Below, in pieces: positions 10,496 through 20,169 of a DNA stretch of 64,000 nucleotides. Both the position numbers and the translations under genes were made by a program. The stretch spans positions 1,792,001 to 1,856,000 of the forward strand of contig OZ244197.1 in assembly GCA_965216785.1 (NCBI GenBank), read 5' to 3'. How positions within the stretch are numbered: position 1 is the first letter of the stretch; each line of letters opens with the position of its first letter. The notes under the pieces were generated by a model. It was not told the DNA's origin. It was given only the letters and a program-made list of their open reading frames with translations, and made no database searches. The DNA comes from Thermodesulfobacteriota bacterium. Its GTDB lineage: Bacteria > Desulfobacterota_D > UBA1144 > Nemesobacterales > UBA2774.

Positions 10496-12658
10496 ATGAT
10501 TCGGTCGTTATGCATTAATAAATCCATATTAACGCTGTTATTTCCCGTATTTTTTGTTTTCATCGGGCTAATGCAAACAAACGCAGCGGAACTTATCCTT
10601 TCATGGCAGGACAACTCGAGCTTTGAAGAAGGCTTCTACATCGAGCGGAGTCTGGGTCAAGGCGGGCCGTTCGAAAGAATCGCGACATTAGAACCCGATT
10701 CAACTTCCTATGTAGATTCATCCATCTCATATGAATTTATATATTGTTATACGGTAGTTGCCTTTAATTCGAGCGGCACATCACAAAGTGAAGTCGGTTG
10801 TAATTTAGTGCCGTGTCCCAATTCTTTAAACTGCACGACGGGAGGCCAGCCCTCTGAGGGGAGCAATCCTGTTCTCTCTTTTGACTTTGAGGGATACGGA
10901 GCGGGTGAAGACCCTGAGCTCTGGAAGGATACGAAGAAGAATAATAGTTTTAACGAAGACCCGAGCCTTTTTACGACTAGAGCGGCGCAAAATACGATTG
11001 TCTTCGGGACCGATTCCGAGGACACCAATATTCATTCCCATTACGCCGGCGAAGATGCCCTTAACTTATCTAACTACACCTACAGCGGAAAAATGTATAT
11101 CACAGACAGCGGAGGCGGGGTCGGGGTTACATTCTTTAGCAGGTATCCGGAGGACCAGGATGTTTACTACAGGCTGAGGAGATACGGAAGTAAACCCAAG
11201 TTTCATATATCCGCGCACGGGACATCGGTTAAGGGAGATACTAAAACCGAAGTCAATCCACAAACTAATAAATGGTATCTCTTCCGGATAGAGGTGGAGG
11301 ATACGGGGACGCGGACGAATATTCGCGCCAAGGTTTGGAAGCAGGGAGCGGCGGAGCCACAGGAGTTTCAGATAGACGCATATGATGACAGCGGCTCAAG
11401 GATTAGTTCCGGTACGGTTGGTGTTTGGACTATGGGTGATGGAACAAAACTTTTCGATGACCTCGCAGTTTTATCTGATGAGTCGGGAGCTGTGGCTGAG
11501 CCTGTGAATAATCCCCCTGTTGCTGTTTTTGAGATGCCCGGTTCTGCTTTAGTTGAGGAAGATGTGTTATTGGATGCTTCGGAAAGCTATGACCCGGATG
11601 GTGATGAGCTCAGCTATACTTGGGATTTTGGAGACGGCTCTTTTGGGGAGGGAGTAACGGTGGATCATCAGTTTTCGGACCCCGGAACTTATGAGATTAC
11701 GTTAACTGTGATCGATTCAAGTCTCACAGACTCCAGTACCTCTGCACTGATTGTAGATCTTCCCGTAAATGCTCAGCCCGTAGCGCTAATTAAGGTTGAG
11801 CCTTCAAACGTAGCTATTGCGGGGGAAATGCTATTTTTCAATGCTTCAGATAGTTATGACCCGGACGGTCATCCTATGAATTACGCATGGGACTTTGGGG
11901 ACGGTTCTAACGCAACTGGTATTGAGGTAAGCCATAGCTTTTCTGAACCCGGCGTATATGAGGTCTTGTTAGCTGTAGACGACGGTCAGTTGAGCGGCAC
12001 CGAGAGCATTGAAATAGTTATAAGTGAGGACGTGCAATCCATAGTGCTTTCGGATAATTTCGAGCTATACGGGGCGGAGGAAGATCCAGACAATTGGAAT
12101 GATACTGGGAAGAATAATAGTTTTAATGAAGACCCGGGGCTATTTGAGACAAAAGCGCTTGGAAGCAATATTGCATTCGGAACAGATAGCAGAAAAACCA
12201 ATATTCACTCCCATTACAACGGTGAAGGTGCGGCTATGTGGGCAAATTATACCTATACCGGGAGGATATACATCACTAACAGCAGGGCGGGAATCGGGGT
12301 TACCTTTTTAAGCCAATATCCTGACGAAGAAGATGTTTACTACCGGCTGAGGAGATATTCTCGCAAGTCTGAATTCTATATTTCCCCTCACGGGACTTCG
12401 GTTGAGGGAGATACCAAAACCGATGTAAATCCGGAAATCAACATGTGGTATCGATTCCGGATTGAAGTGGAAGATACGGGGACGCGTACGAATATACGCG
12501 CGAAGGTATGGAAAGACGGGGACATGGAGCCTGTAGGTTTTCAGATAGACGCTTATGATGACAGCAGTTCAAGGATTACTTCCGGTACAGTCGGTACCTG
12601 GACTATGGGCAGAGGTTTAAAACTCTTCGATGATCTTGAGGTTGAACTTAGGCAATAG
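10496..12658 (+). CDS. Secreted protein: FN3-like domain, two PKD domains and two copies of a ~200-aa beta-sandwich (lectin/DUF1080-like) domain
   Basis: Signal peptide; WQDNS..E.GF.IER FN3 motif; 2x SYDPDG..WDFGDG PKD; duplicated KNNSFNEDP..YYRLRRY..RAKVWK..FDDL domain. Confidence 0.75.
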   Translation: MIRSLCINKSILTLLFPVFFVFIGLMQTNAAELILSWQDNSSFEEGFYIERSLGQGGPFERIATLEPDSTSYVDSSISYEFIYCYTVVAFNSSGTSQSEVGCNLVPCPNSLNCTTGGQPSEGSNPVLSFDFEGYGAGEDPELWKDTKKNNSFNEDPSLFTTRAAQNTIVFGTDSEDTNIHSHYAGEDALNLSNYTYSGKMYITDSGGGVGVTFFSRYPEDQDVYYRLRRYGSKPKFHISAHGTSVKGDTKTEVNPQTNKWYLFRIEVEDTGTRTNIRAKVWKQGAAEPQEFQIDAYDDSGSRISSGTVGVWTMGDGTKLFDDLAVLSDESGAVAEPVNNPPVAVFEMPGSALVEEDVLLDASESYDPDGDELSYTWDFGDGSFGEGVTVDHQFSDPGTYEITLTVIDSSLTDSSTSALIVDLPVNAQPVALIKVEPSNVAIAGEMLFFNASDSYDPDGHPMNYAWDFGDGSNATGIEVSHSFSEPGVYEVLLAVDDGQLSGTESIEIVISEDVQSIVLSDNFELYGAEEDPDNWNDTGKNNSFNEDPGLFETKALGSNIAFGTDSRKTNIHSHYNGEGAAMWANYTYTGRIYITNSRAGIGVTFLSQYPDEEDVYYRLRRYSRKSEFYISPHGTSVEGDTKTDVNPEINMWYRFRIEVEDTGTRTNIRAKVWKDGDMEPVGFQIDAYDDSSSRITSGTVGTWTMGRGLKLFDDLEVELRQ

Positions 12659-12671
12659 GAGGTTAGTAGTA

Positions 12672-14861
12672 ATGATGCGCATTCTATTAGCATTTGTAAT
12701 TGCTCTTCTATGTAGCTTCTCTAGCGCATACGCGGTAGAGATCTATGTATCCGTATCAGGTGACGATAATAACCCCGGAACGGCATCTTTCCCCTTAAGG
12801 ACTATAGGAAAAGCGGTCGAGATGGGGAAGATAGAAAATGCCAAAAACGAGCCTGTAACTATCACTTTATTGCCGGGGACTTACAGAGAGGCTGTGAAGT
12901 GGTATAGAAGCGGCAATACTACGGACTCTCCGATAGTTTTTCAAGCGTCTCCTTTAAAGAGCGCTGTTATTTCAGGCTCCGATATTTTTACTAACTGGGT
13001 TAGTGAATCACAGCCCAATTTGTATTCGCACTCATGGACTAAAAATTGGGGTGTTCCCGGCAATTTGGGTGAGACTTCGGGGGAAGTGGCCAGGCGCAGG
13101 GAGTTGGTTTTCATAGACGGTGAATTGCTGACTCAAGTTACATCGTTCAATGCGCTTACGGACAACTCTTTTTATGTAGACGATCCTGCCCAGAAGCTCT
13201 ATATCCAGACAACCTCTAACCCTAATAATAGTAGAGTGGAAGTAGGGGTCCGGCAAGAAATCTTTGATATCAATCAATTAAATAACCTTTCGGTAAAGGG
13301 GATAGTCTTTCAGCACGATACTACGCCCGCAGATAAGTGGGCTGTGATTTTTAGAGGGGTTGAGAATGTCTTGGTTGAGGATAGTGAATTTCTGTGGAAC
13401 ACATGGGGAGGGCTGCGTTTTGAGACCAGTAATAATGTGGAGATCCGAAGGATCAAGGCAAACCATAACGGTGGTAAGGGTACGGAGGTATTCCGGACAA
13501 CAAACCTGTTGTTTGAAGACAGTGAGATGTCCTATAACAACTGGCGCGGGTTTGCGGGCGGCTTTACGGGCTGGTCAGTCGCCGGGTCTAAGCATTTGAG
13601 GATTCACGGCGCAGTATACAAAAACTTGATAGCCATAGATAACAAAGCTCGCGGTTTTTGGCTTGATTTTGACAGTCAGGATATAGAATTTGACGGGCTA
13701 ATCGCGCTTGGAAATATGGAAGGCGGATTAGGGGTTGAGGCAAACCAGGGCCCTATTGCAATCCGCAACAGTGTCATCTGTAATACTATTACTCGCGATG
13801 GTGTTCAGTCCTTTGGAGGTATTCTAGCCTCCAATTCCGAGAACATCACTTTGGAAAATAGTGTGCTTGGCCATAATCAAACGGGTCAGATCAGGCCCAG
13901 AGGTTCGAGCGGCAGGCCTGTGGATAATTGGGAGACCGGTCAGACTGTTACCTTGTTTAGTAAGAACTGGACAACCAATAACAATATTGTTTTCGGGTCA
14001 GGGAAGAGCGAAATATTATGGTATTACGCCGATAGTGGAGGCGATCTATTCCTCAGTACGTATACAGGCAATAACAATATTTACTGGAATACGAGACCGG
14101 ACGTATTCAGATTGCAGGGTGACAACGACTTTCAAACTTGGCAGCAGATGACCGGACAAGAGCAAAATTCGGTTTTTGACGACCCCACACAGGCCAGCTT
14201 GTCGAATGAGCAGCAGAGGAGATTAGATATATGCCTTGGCTTGATTCCACCTACCCCTCCGGCAGCTACTGTAGGCACTCTTACTCACGATTCCGCTGAA
14301 ATAATTTGGCATACCAGTGAGCTGTCCGACAGCAGAGTGGAATACGGGCTAACGGATTCGTACGGCAGCACTAGCGCGCTTGATCCTGCGCTCGTATTAG
14401 ATCACAGGGTTTTGCTAACTGGTCTTAGCCCGGAAACTACATATCATTTTAGGGTTATATCAAATGATGAATCCGGCAGTACATTTATTTCGGAAGATTT
14501 TACTTTCACCACTACGCCGTTCGCCGATAACTCTCCGCCTTCAATCCCGACGGTTCTTACGGCAATAGTGATTTCCAGCTCTCAAATCAATCTGTCATGG
14601 GGCGCTTCTACGGATAATGTAGGTGTAACGGGCTATCGCATATATAGGGATAATTCCCTAGTTGCCACGACCGCCGATACGTTTTATTCCGATACGGGTT
14701 TAACACAAACCACTCAATATATCTACACTGTGACAGCTATAGATGCGGCAGGCAACGAGTCGGCACATTCCGAACAGGTTTCTGCAACCACAAAAATCGA
14801 TCCCTCAAGTTTGCCACCTGAGGCTCCTAGTAATCTCGAAGTTAATATTCCTCAAGAGTAA
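12672..14861 (+). CDS. Secreted right-handed parallel beta-helix (pectin-lyase-like) protein with C-terminal FN3 domains
   Basis: AGGAGG then ATG at 12672; signal peptide; GDDNNPGT..PLRTI..PGTYRE; beta-helix repeats; STDNVGVTGY FN3. Confidence 0.8.
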   Translation: MMRILLAFVIALLCSFSSAYAVEIYVSVSGDDNNPGTASFPLRTIGKAVEMGKIENAKNEPVTITLLPGTYREAVKWYRSGNTTDSPIVFQASPLKSAVISGSDIFTNWVSESQPNLYSHSWTKNWGVPGNLGETSGEVARRRELVFIDGELLTQVTSFNALTDNSFYVDDPAQKLYIQTTSNPNNSRVEVGVRQEIFDINQLNNLSVKGIVFQHDTTPADKWAVIFRGVENVLVEDSEFLWNTWGGLRFETSNNVEIRRIKANHNGGKGTEVFRTTNLLFEDSEMSYNNWRGFAGGFTGWSVAGSKHLRIHGAVYKNLIAIDNKARGFWLDFDSQDIEFDGLIALGNMEGGLGVEANQGPIAIRNSVICNTITRDGVQSFGGILASNSENITLENSVLGHNQTGQIRPRGSSGRPVDNWETGQTVTLFSKNWTTNNNIVFGSGKSEILWYYADSGGDLFLSTYTGNNNIYWNTRPDVFRLQGDNDFQTWQQMTGQEQNSVFDDPTQASLSNEQQRRLDICLGLIPPTPPAATVGTLTHDSAEIIWHTSELSDSRVEYGLTDSYGSTSALDPALVLDHRVLLTGLSPETTYHFRVISNDESGSTFISEDFTFTTTPFADNSPPSIPTVLTAIVISSSQINLSWGASTDNVGVTGYRIYRDNSLVATTADTFYSDTGLTQTTQYIYTVTAIDAAGNESAHSEQVSATTKIDPSSLPPEAPSNLEVNIPQE

Positions 14862-14935
14862 AGGTTCTCCCGTTATTCACTTGTCCACAGAATAAACGCT
14901 GATGTGTAAGTGTCGAATATTATTGTAAAAAAGAG

Positions 14936-15009
14936 CGTCCCCGAGAGGATTCGAACCTCTGGCCTCAGGATTAGGAATCCTGCGCTCTATCCTGCTGAGC
15001 TACGGGGAC
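14936..15009 (-). tRNA. tRNA-Arg (anticodon CCT), CCA not encoded
   Basis: Reverse complement GTCCCCGTAGCTCAGCAGGATAGAGCGCAGGATTCCTAATCCTGAGGCCAGAGGTTCGAATCCTCTCGGGGACG folds as a cloverleaf with a GTTCGAAT T-loop. Confidence 0.97.
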
Positions 15010-15015
15010 TGTTTA
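14968..15015 (+). repeat. att direct repeat, left (48 bp; 5' half of tRNA plus 6-nt leader)
   Basis: ggattaggaatcctgcgctctatcctgctgagctacggggactgttta, identical to 33190-33237. Confidence 0.95.
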
Positions 15016-15021
15016 ATGATA

Positions 15022-16125
15022 TCAAGGGGTTATGAGCTTAATATTTCTATTGGTCTCGTCATCAGTGTCCAAATAGGTGACCGTTGGCGAGAATTGTAAG
15101 TGCTCAACAGCTTCCTTTTTGTGTTGGGGTGATGGGTGTATGTATCTTTTAGTAGTGCTTATATCTTTATGTCCCATCAGTTCTTGTATCGTAGCAATAT
15201 CTACACCAGACATTGATAGATTACTCCCGAAACTATGTCTTAGATCATGGAACCTTAAATGTGCTATCCCTGACCTTCTTAGAGCACCCCAGAAGGCCTT
15301 TTTTACCGTCTTGACTGGAATACCATTGGCTCCAGCAAAAAGGTGCTCACAATTGTTATTATTAATAACAGACTTTAGAGTCTTCATCAATAGGGAATTA
15401 ATCGGTACATGCCTAATATCTCCATTCTTGCTTTCTCTGACGAGTATATACCTGTCTCTAAGGTTTATGTCAGAAACCCTTAGATTAAGGATCTCAGACC
15501 TTCTTAACCCTGTATGTATGGCTATCATAAGGATAGGTTTTAGGAATTCAGAAGCTGCTGCATATAGTTTTGCGAACTCATCTATTGAGATCACTCGTAA
15601 TTGTTTAGGCTTTTCAGGAAATAATTTTACTTGAGCAACTGGATTGTTCGATATCATATTCCACTCAATTGCTTTTTTAAACATATGTTTCAGCATTGAA
15701 AGTTCTCTATTAATACTTGCCTTAGCAGGACTTTTACCATTTTTCATTATTTCCTTTTGCCGAGATGATTTATATTTTTCAACATGCCAGTTGGTAATTT
15801 GCTGGATTGTTCTTCCATTGAAATATCGCCTAAGATGTTTGGAGGATGTCATGTCTCTGTCATAAGAGTTTGGTCTTTTGTTCGCTTTTGAATATTCAAG
15901 ATATTGTGTAACCAACCTTTCAAATGGAGTTGGCTTGATAGCACTTTCTAATTTGAATTTACCTTGGGCCATTTCTGCTTTTCTTATAGACAAGGCTTTC
16001 TTAGCATCTTCACGATTAATTCTGGAAGGATCGACACCGGGGATTGAAACAACCTCTCGTTTCCTCTTCCCATTCGGCATATAATAATCTATGTACCATC
16101 TGTTACCTTTTCGATAATATCCCAT
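15022..16125 (-). CDS. Tyrosine recombinase/integrase
   Basis: TGLRRSE, SKNG, HDLRH, MGH, KRY catalytic motifs; N-terminal arm-binding-like segment RWYIDYY..GKRKRE. Confidence 0.95.
   Translation of the reverse strand: MGYYRKGNRWYIDYYMPNGKRKREVVSIPGVDPSRINREDAKKALSIRKAEMAQGKFKLESAIKPTPFERLVTQYLEYSKANKRPNSYDRDMTSSKHLRRYFNGRTIQQITNWHVEKYKSSRQKEIMKNGKSPAKASINRELSMLKHMFKKAIEWNMISNNPVAQVKLFPEKPKQLRVISIDEFAKLYAAASEFLKPILMIAIHTGLRRSEILNLRVSDINLRDRYILVRESKNGDIRHVPINSLLMKTLKSVINNNNCEHLFAGANGIPVKTVKKAFWGALRRSGIAHLRFHDLRHSFGSNLSMSGVDIATIQELMGHKDISTTKRYIHPSPQHKKEAVEHLQFSPTVTYLDTDDETNRNIKLITP
15064..15082 (+). repeat. Putative integrase arm-type sites, left arm (2 x GTGWCC, 12-bp period)
   Basis: agtgtccaaataggtgacc; 17/19 identical to 33054-33072. 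Confidence 0.65.
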
Positions 16126-16408
16126 ACTGCTTTCTCCTCTTGAATTTTTTCTCTAATTCTTCAAGTGGATCTATTTCTTTTTTTTCCTTTCCTACATATA
16201 TACAGTGAGTTTTGTTTTTATAAGTGAAGTACGCATACCAGTACAAACCGTGACCCGAACCCCCTTCTCTACACTTACTACAGCCACATTTCGAGGGCTT
16301 CTGCTGATAAACAACCGCTGGGGGTAAAAGAGTTTCTATATGATTATGGAGCTGTCGAAGTTCATAAACACTAAGTTCCTTTAAAATAGGAGCAATCTTA
16401 TCTAACAT
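16103..16408 (-). CDS. Small Cys/His-rich protein, DUF6788-like
   Basis: KCGCSKC....GHGLYWY..Y.GK motif; overlaps the integrase start by 23 nt. Confidence 0.6.
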   Translation of the reverse strand: MLDKIAPILKELSVYELRQLHNHIETLLPPAVVYQQKPSKCGCSKCREGGSGHGLYWYAYFTYKNKTHCIYVGKEKKEIDPLEELEKKFKRRKQYGILSKR

Positions 16409-16418
16409 TATTAGATAT
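16397..16418 (+). repeat. Palindromic site TATCYAA-N5-TTRGATA, copy at left cargo edge
   Basis: cttatctaacattattagatat; 18/22 identical to 31168-31189, with compensatory changes. Confidence 0.55.
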
Positions 16419-16542
16419 GCTACTACATTTTATCTTCAATTTCAAGACTCCTTTAAAATTGTTCGATAAGCATCATCCTGGAAGAATAATAATTCTTGTT
16501 ATATCATTTAAATGTTAGAGAGTTCTTCTCAGGATGTGAGGA

Positions 16543-18825
16543 ATGATAGAAAAAGTTGTATTTATAAAAAATATAGGGCGTTTTATTAACTGCAATGCGT
16601 ATGGCGACATCCATTTTCGTAAATGTAATCTAGTTTTTGCAGAAAATGGTCGTGGAAAAACTTCTTTTTGTTCTATTTTACGTTCCCTAAGTACTGGTGA
16701 GTCATCTTTTATTCAGGGTCGAAGAACACTCGGAACAGAAGAATTACCTGAAGTCCATTTAAGACTTGATGGGCAGAATTTCATTTTCAGAAATAATGAG
16801 TGGAATAATACTGTTCCCCATATAATGATTTTTGATGATAGTTTCATAAATCAAAATGTTTACTCAGGTGAAAATGTAGATGTAGATCACCGCCAAAACT
16901 TATATGACATAATAATTGGAGAAAGAGGTAAAGAACTTGCATCTGAAATCCGTAATATTGACAGAGATGTGCGAGATAAGAATGGGCGATTAAGCGAGGT
17001 TAGATCGGAGATAAGAGCATTAATACCAGAAGGAAGAATTGGATTTGAGGCTTTTCTGGATTTACCTTCTGATGGTGAAGTTGATAAGCGTATTACAGAG
17101 AAAGATAGGGAATTAGAAGCAGTTAAACAGTCAGCCATATTACAAAGAAGTCCAGTTTTAAAAACTATCATAATACCCAATATGCCTGAGGGTTTCTTTC
17201 CATTTTTGGCTAAAAGTTTTGATGAGATTGCTGAGGATGCTGAAAAGAAGATAGCAAGCCATATCGAAACCCATAAGATGCAAGATAGTGGAAAGGAATG
17301 GTTATTCGAGGGCTACAAACATATAGAAAAAGATAAATGTCCATTTTGTGCACAGGATTTGTCAAATTCAGAACTTATAAAATCTTATACTAGTTTTTTC
17401 AGTGAAGCTTACAATAAACTCAAAGAAGAAATTAAAATCTTGGAAGAAAGAATTCTCGAGGACTTTGGAGAAGTCAGAATTGCATCGTTAGTAACTAGTT
17501 TAGATAAAAACAAAGCTGCACTTGAATTCTGGAGACGTTATTCTGACCTAAAGGAACCTGTTTTTTCTGATAGCGAGAATCTTAAAGACTACATTTCGCA
17601 GGTTAGGGACATTGCTCAAGAATTACTAATCCAAAAATCACAGACACCCATAGAAAAAATTGAGCCTGATCCTGAGCAAAATATGCATTTTACCAAACTA
17701 AGTAGTTATATAGAGGGGGTTGAGACCTATAATAAGGGAGTCACTGAGGCGAACTCAATCATCCAAGAGATGAAGGAAAAAACACGATCAAGAAATCTTC
17801 GTGATGTCGAAGCGGAAATGATTCAATTAAAGTCAGTGAAGAAACGTCATGAAAGTGAAGTTGCAACAATTTGTGAGAATTATCGCCGATTACTTACAGA
17901 AAAACGAGCTCTAGAAACTAGTAAAATAAGGACTAGGGCATTGTTAGATACGCATACAGACGAAGTAATTGAACAATACGAAAATGCTATTAACCGTTAT
18001 TTAGATTATTTTAATGCGGGGTTCCAAATAGCTAGAACTAATTACGACTATATGGGTGGAACGCCTAATGCACATTACAAGATTTTAATTAATAGGACTC
18101 ATGTTGATCCTGGTAACTCATCATCACCTATTAGTGAGCCTTCTTTTAGAAATACATTAAGTTCTGGTGATCGTAGTGCGCTTGCTTTAGCTTTCTTCTT
18201 AGCGCAATTGGAGAATAATCCTGACAAAGCACAGAAGATAGTCATTTTCGATGATCCATTCAATAGTCAGGACGATTTTAGAAAGGGGAACACCGCACAC
18301 CGTATCAGACAGTGCGCACGCGAATGTACTCAGGTAATAGTATTATCTCATGACAAGCATTTTTTAAAACATGTGTGGGATGAACTACCGAGGGAAGAGC
18401 GTAAATCTATCCAATTTTTCCGAGTTTCAGAGGATTGTACAGATATTGCAGAGTGGGATATTGACACTGCTGTTCAAGCACGGTTTAAAGCTGATATTAT
18501 TACCTTATTGAAATATTACGGTAGCAACGAAGGAGATTCGAGAGATGTTGTAACTAAAATACGACCAGTTTTAGAAGGTTTTTGCCGTAATCTCTATCCT
18601 ACGAAGTTTAGTGAAACTGATACATTAGGTGTGATCGTAGAGAAAATACAAGAAGAGGGTTCAGGTTTTCCTCTTCATTCTATCCATGAAGAATTAGAGG
18701 AGATAAATATTTACAGTCGTAGGTATCACCATAGTGATAATCCAGAGTTCGCTACTGAACCGATCAATGATGCAGAGTTGAAAGGATATATTAAAAGAAC
18801 TCTTGCTGTCACTGGATATTTTTAA
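16543..18825 (+). CDS. AAA_13 / RloC-like Rad50-type ABC ATPase, putative anticodon nuclease
   Basis: Walker A AENGRGKT, coiled coil with CPFC zinc hook, LSSGDR signature, Walker B IFDDP, LSHD H-loop, C-terminal domain with NIYSRRYHH. Confidence 0.75.
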   Translation: MIEKVVFIKNIGRFINCNAYGDIHFRKCNLVFAENGRGKTSFCSILRSLSTGESSFIQGRRTLGTEELPEVHLRLDGQNFIFRNNEWNNTVPHIMIFDDSFINQNVYSGENVDVDHRQNLYDIIIGERGKELASEIRNIDRDVRDKNGRLSEVRSEIRALIPEGRIGFEAFLDLPSDGEVDKRITEKDRELEAVKQSAILQRSPVLKTIIIPNMPEGFFPFLAKSFDEIAEDAEKKIASHIETHKMQDSGKEWLFEGYKHIEKDKCPFCAQDLSNSELIKSYTSFFSEAYNKLKEEIKILEERILEDFGEVRIASLVTSLDKNKAALEFWRRYSDLKEPVFSDSENLKDYISQVRDIAQELLIQKSQTPIEKIEPDPEQNMHFTKLSSYIEGVETYNKGVTEANSIIQEMKEKTRSRNLRDVEAEMIQLKSVKKRHESEVATICENYRRLLTEKRALETSKIRTRALLDTHTDEVIEQYENAINRYLDYFNAGFQIARTNYDYMGGTPNAHYKILINRTHVDPGNSSSPISEPSFRNTLSSGDRSALALAFFLAQLENNPDKAQKIVIFDDPFNSQDDFRKGNTAHRIRQCARECTQVIVLSHDKHFLKHVWDELPREERKSIQFFRVSEDCTDIAEWDIDTAVQARFKADIITLLKYYGSNEGDSRDVVTKIRPVLEGFCRNLYPTKFSETDTLGVIVEKIQEEGSGFPLHSIHEELEEINIYSRRYHHSDNPEFATEPINDAELKGYIKRTLAVTGYF

Positions 18826-18914
18826 AAATTGATAATTAAAACCAGTGAGACTTCTAATAATAGTAATTGGCTCATACCGATTAAAACACTCTCACAAGAA
18901 TGTTTGAAAAAATT

Positions 18915-18931
18915 CTTTCACCAGATGAAAG
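18915..18931 (+). repeat. Palindromic island repeat CTTTCA-CCAGA-TGAAAG, copy 1
   Basis: Exact 17-bp match to 20147-20163 and 30988-31004. Confidence 0.85.
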
Positions 18932-19049
18932 TTTCAAGCTGGGTGATCAGAAGCTTGACCGAAATTTAGAAGATGATCTATCTCATGAAAGTGTAGTCTC
19001 AAACGCTACAAAAGTGTAAACTATGTTAACCGGAATTCCTATGAATCTT

Positions 19050-19670
19050 TTAGTTTCCAAAAATTATTTGAATTGCTTCTGTCGCAGAGTATGGACTTAA
19101 TCCAGTTTTTTCCCAAATCTCGGGATCGGCATCACGAGGCCATATAAGACTTGGTGTGATCTTCTTACTGGCTCCATTCAAAGGATAAGCTTTATCTATC
19201 AGTACAATCCAAATCAATTTTCGTTCAACACCATCAAAATTAGTTCTAGGATCATACACAAATACGCCATCACCTTTTGGATTGTTCATTGTCAAAAACT
19301 CTCTTCCCCCGACCTTTAATTGATTAGGTGCAATTGATTGTATTACAATTCCTCGAGCATAATGGTTGGGTTTAGAGATTGATAGTACTTGTGATTTATA
19401 TTTATAAGTCTCGGGAGATTTTTCTTTTTGGTATTCACGTATAGTTGCATAGCACCTGATATTAAAAAAAGTATCATCAAGATATATTTCTTTACATTCT
19501 TTTTCCATGCAAGATACATCTGGTCCACATTTTTCATAGATTTTTTCGACTTGTTCTTGAGACATTGAAAATTCTCTCTTCTCTATCTGATATTCATCTC
19601 CTAGTGTTTCCAGACAGTACACATTAAATATCAGTATGAATAAGATAAATCCTGTAATTGGTTTAGTCAT
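19050..19670 (-). CDS. Hypothetical exported protein
   Basis: N-terminal hydrophobic signal; AGGAGG upstream; no recognised motif. Confidence 0.6.
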   Translation of the reverse strand: MTKPITGFILFILIFNVYCLETLGDEYQIEKREFSMSQEQVEKIYEKCGPDVSCMEKECKEIYLDDTFFNIRCYATIREYQKEKSPETYKYKSQVLSISKPNHYARGIVIQSIAPNQLKVGGREFLTMNNPKGDGVFVYDPRTNFDGVERKLIWIVLIDKAYPLNGASKKITPSLIWPRDADPEIWEKTGLSPYSATEAIQIIFGN

Positions 19671-19869
19671 TGGTTGTCCTCCTTTTATTTATCGAGAATC
19701 ATGTTTCCATAGCTACCATCATGCATATATTCATTTAGCTAGTTAAATATCCACCGGAATCTAACCAACTTTATAAGTCTTGTTTATAAAAGTCGCATTA
19801 TACTGATTATTGTTATGTATTCAATAGTCTATGGTTTTAGTCACGATTTGACCAGAAGATATTGCCTAT

Positions 19870-20118
19870 ATGGCAACTCGGATAAATAAGAAACTTGTCA
19901 CAGCATTTGCAAGAGCTTTAAAATCTATCCGTCTTGAAAAAGAGCTCACTCAGGAGCAAGTAGCATATGCTGCTAAAGTTCATCGCACATATATTGCTTT
20001 CCTAGAAGGCAGGAGAAAACAACCTTCTATTGATGCAGTATTTAAGATAGCAAATGGTTTAGACATTAAACCGAGTGAATTAATAAGGAGGGTAGAGACA
20101 TATTATTCTAAAAAATGA
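19870..20118 (+). CDS. XRE-family HTH regulator (C-protein-like)
   Basis: LTQEQVA..AKVHRTYIAFLEGRRKQPS HTH_3 motif. Confidence 0.85.
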   Translation: MATRINKKLVTAFARALKSIRLEKELTQEQVAYAAKVHRTYIAFLEGRRKQPSIDAVFKIANGLDIKPSELIRRVETYYSKK

Positions 20119-20145
20119 TGGGTTTCATAGATGTAATGTTGCCCT

Positions 20146-20169
20146 TCTTTCACCAGATGAAAGAATTTC
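20146..20169 (+). repeat. Palindromic island repeat, copy 2
   Basis: tctttcaccagatgaaagaatttc, 24/24 identical to 30987-31010. Confidence 0.85.

Noticed and set aside
15077-16084. Antisense ORFs over the integrase and similar shadow ORFs elsewhere (e.g. 10291-10614, 53682-54212)
   Set aside because: They overlap well-supported genes or RNAs on the opposite strand and show no recognisable motifs.
16474-16536. Imperfect inverted repeat (catcctg-gaagaa / ttcttctcaggatg) as a fourth copy of the island repeat
   Set aside because: Similarity to the 17-mer is too weak; at most a local leader hairpin.
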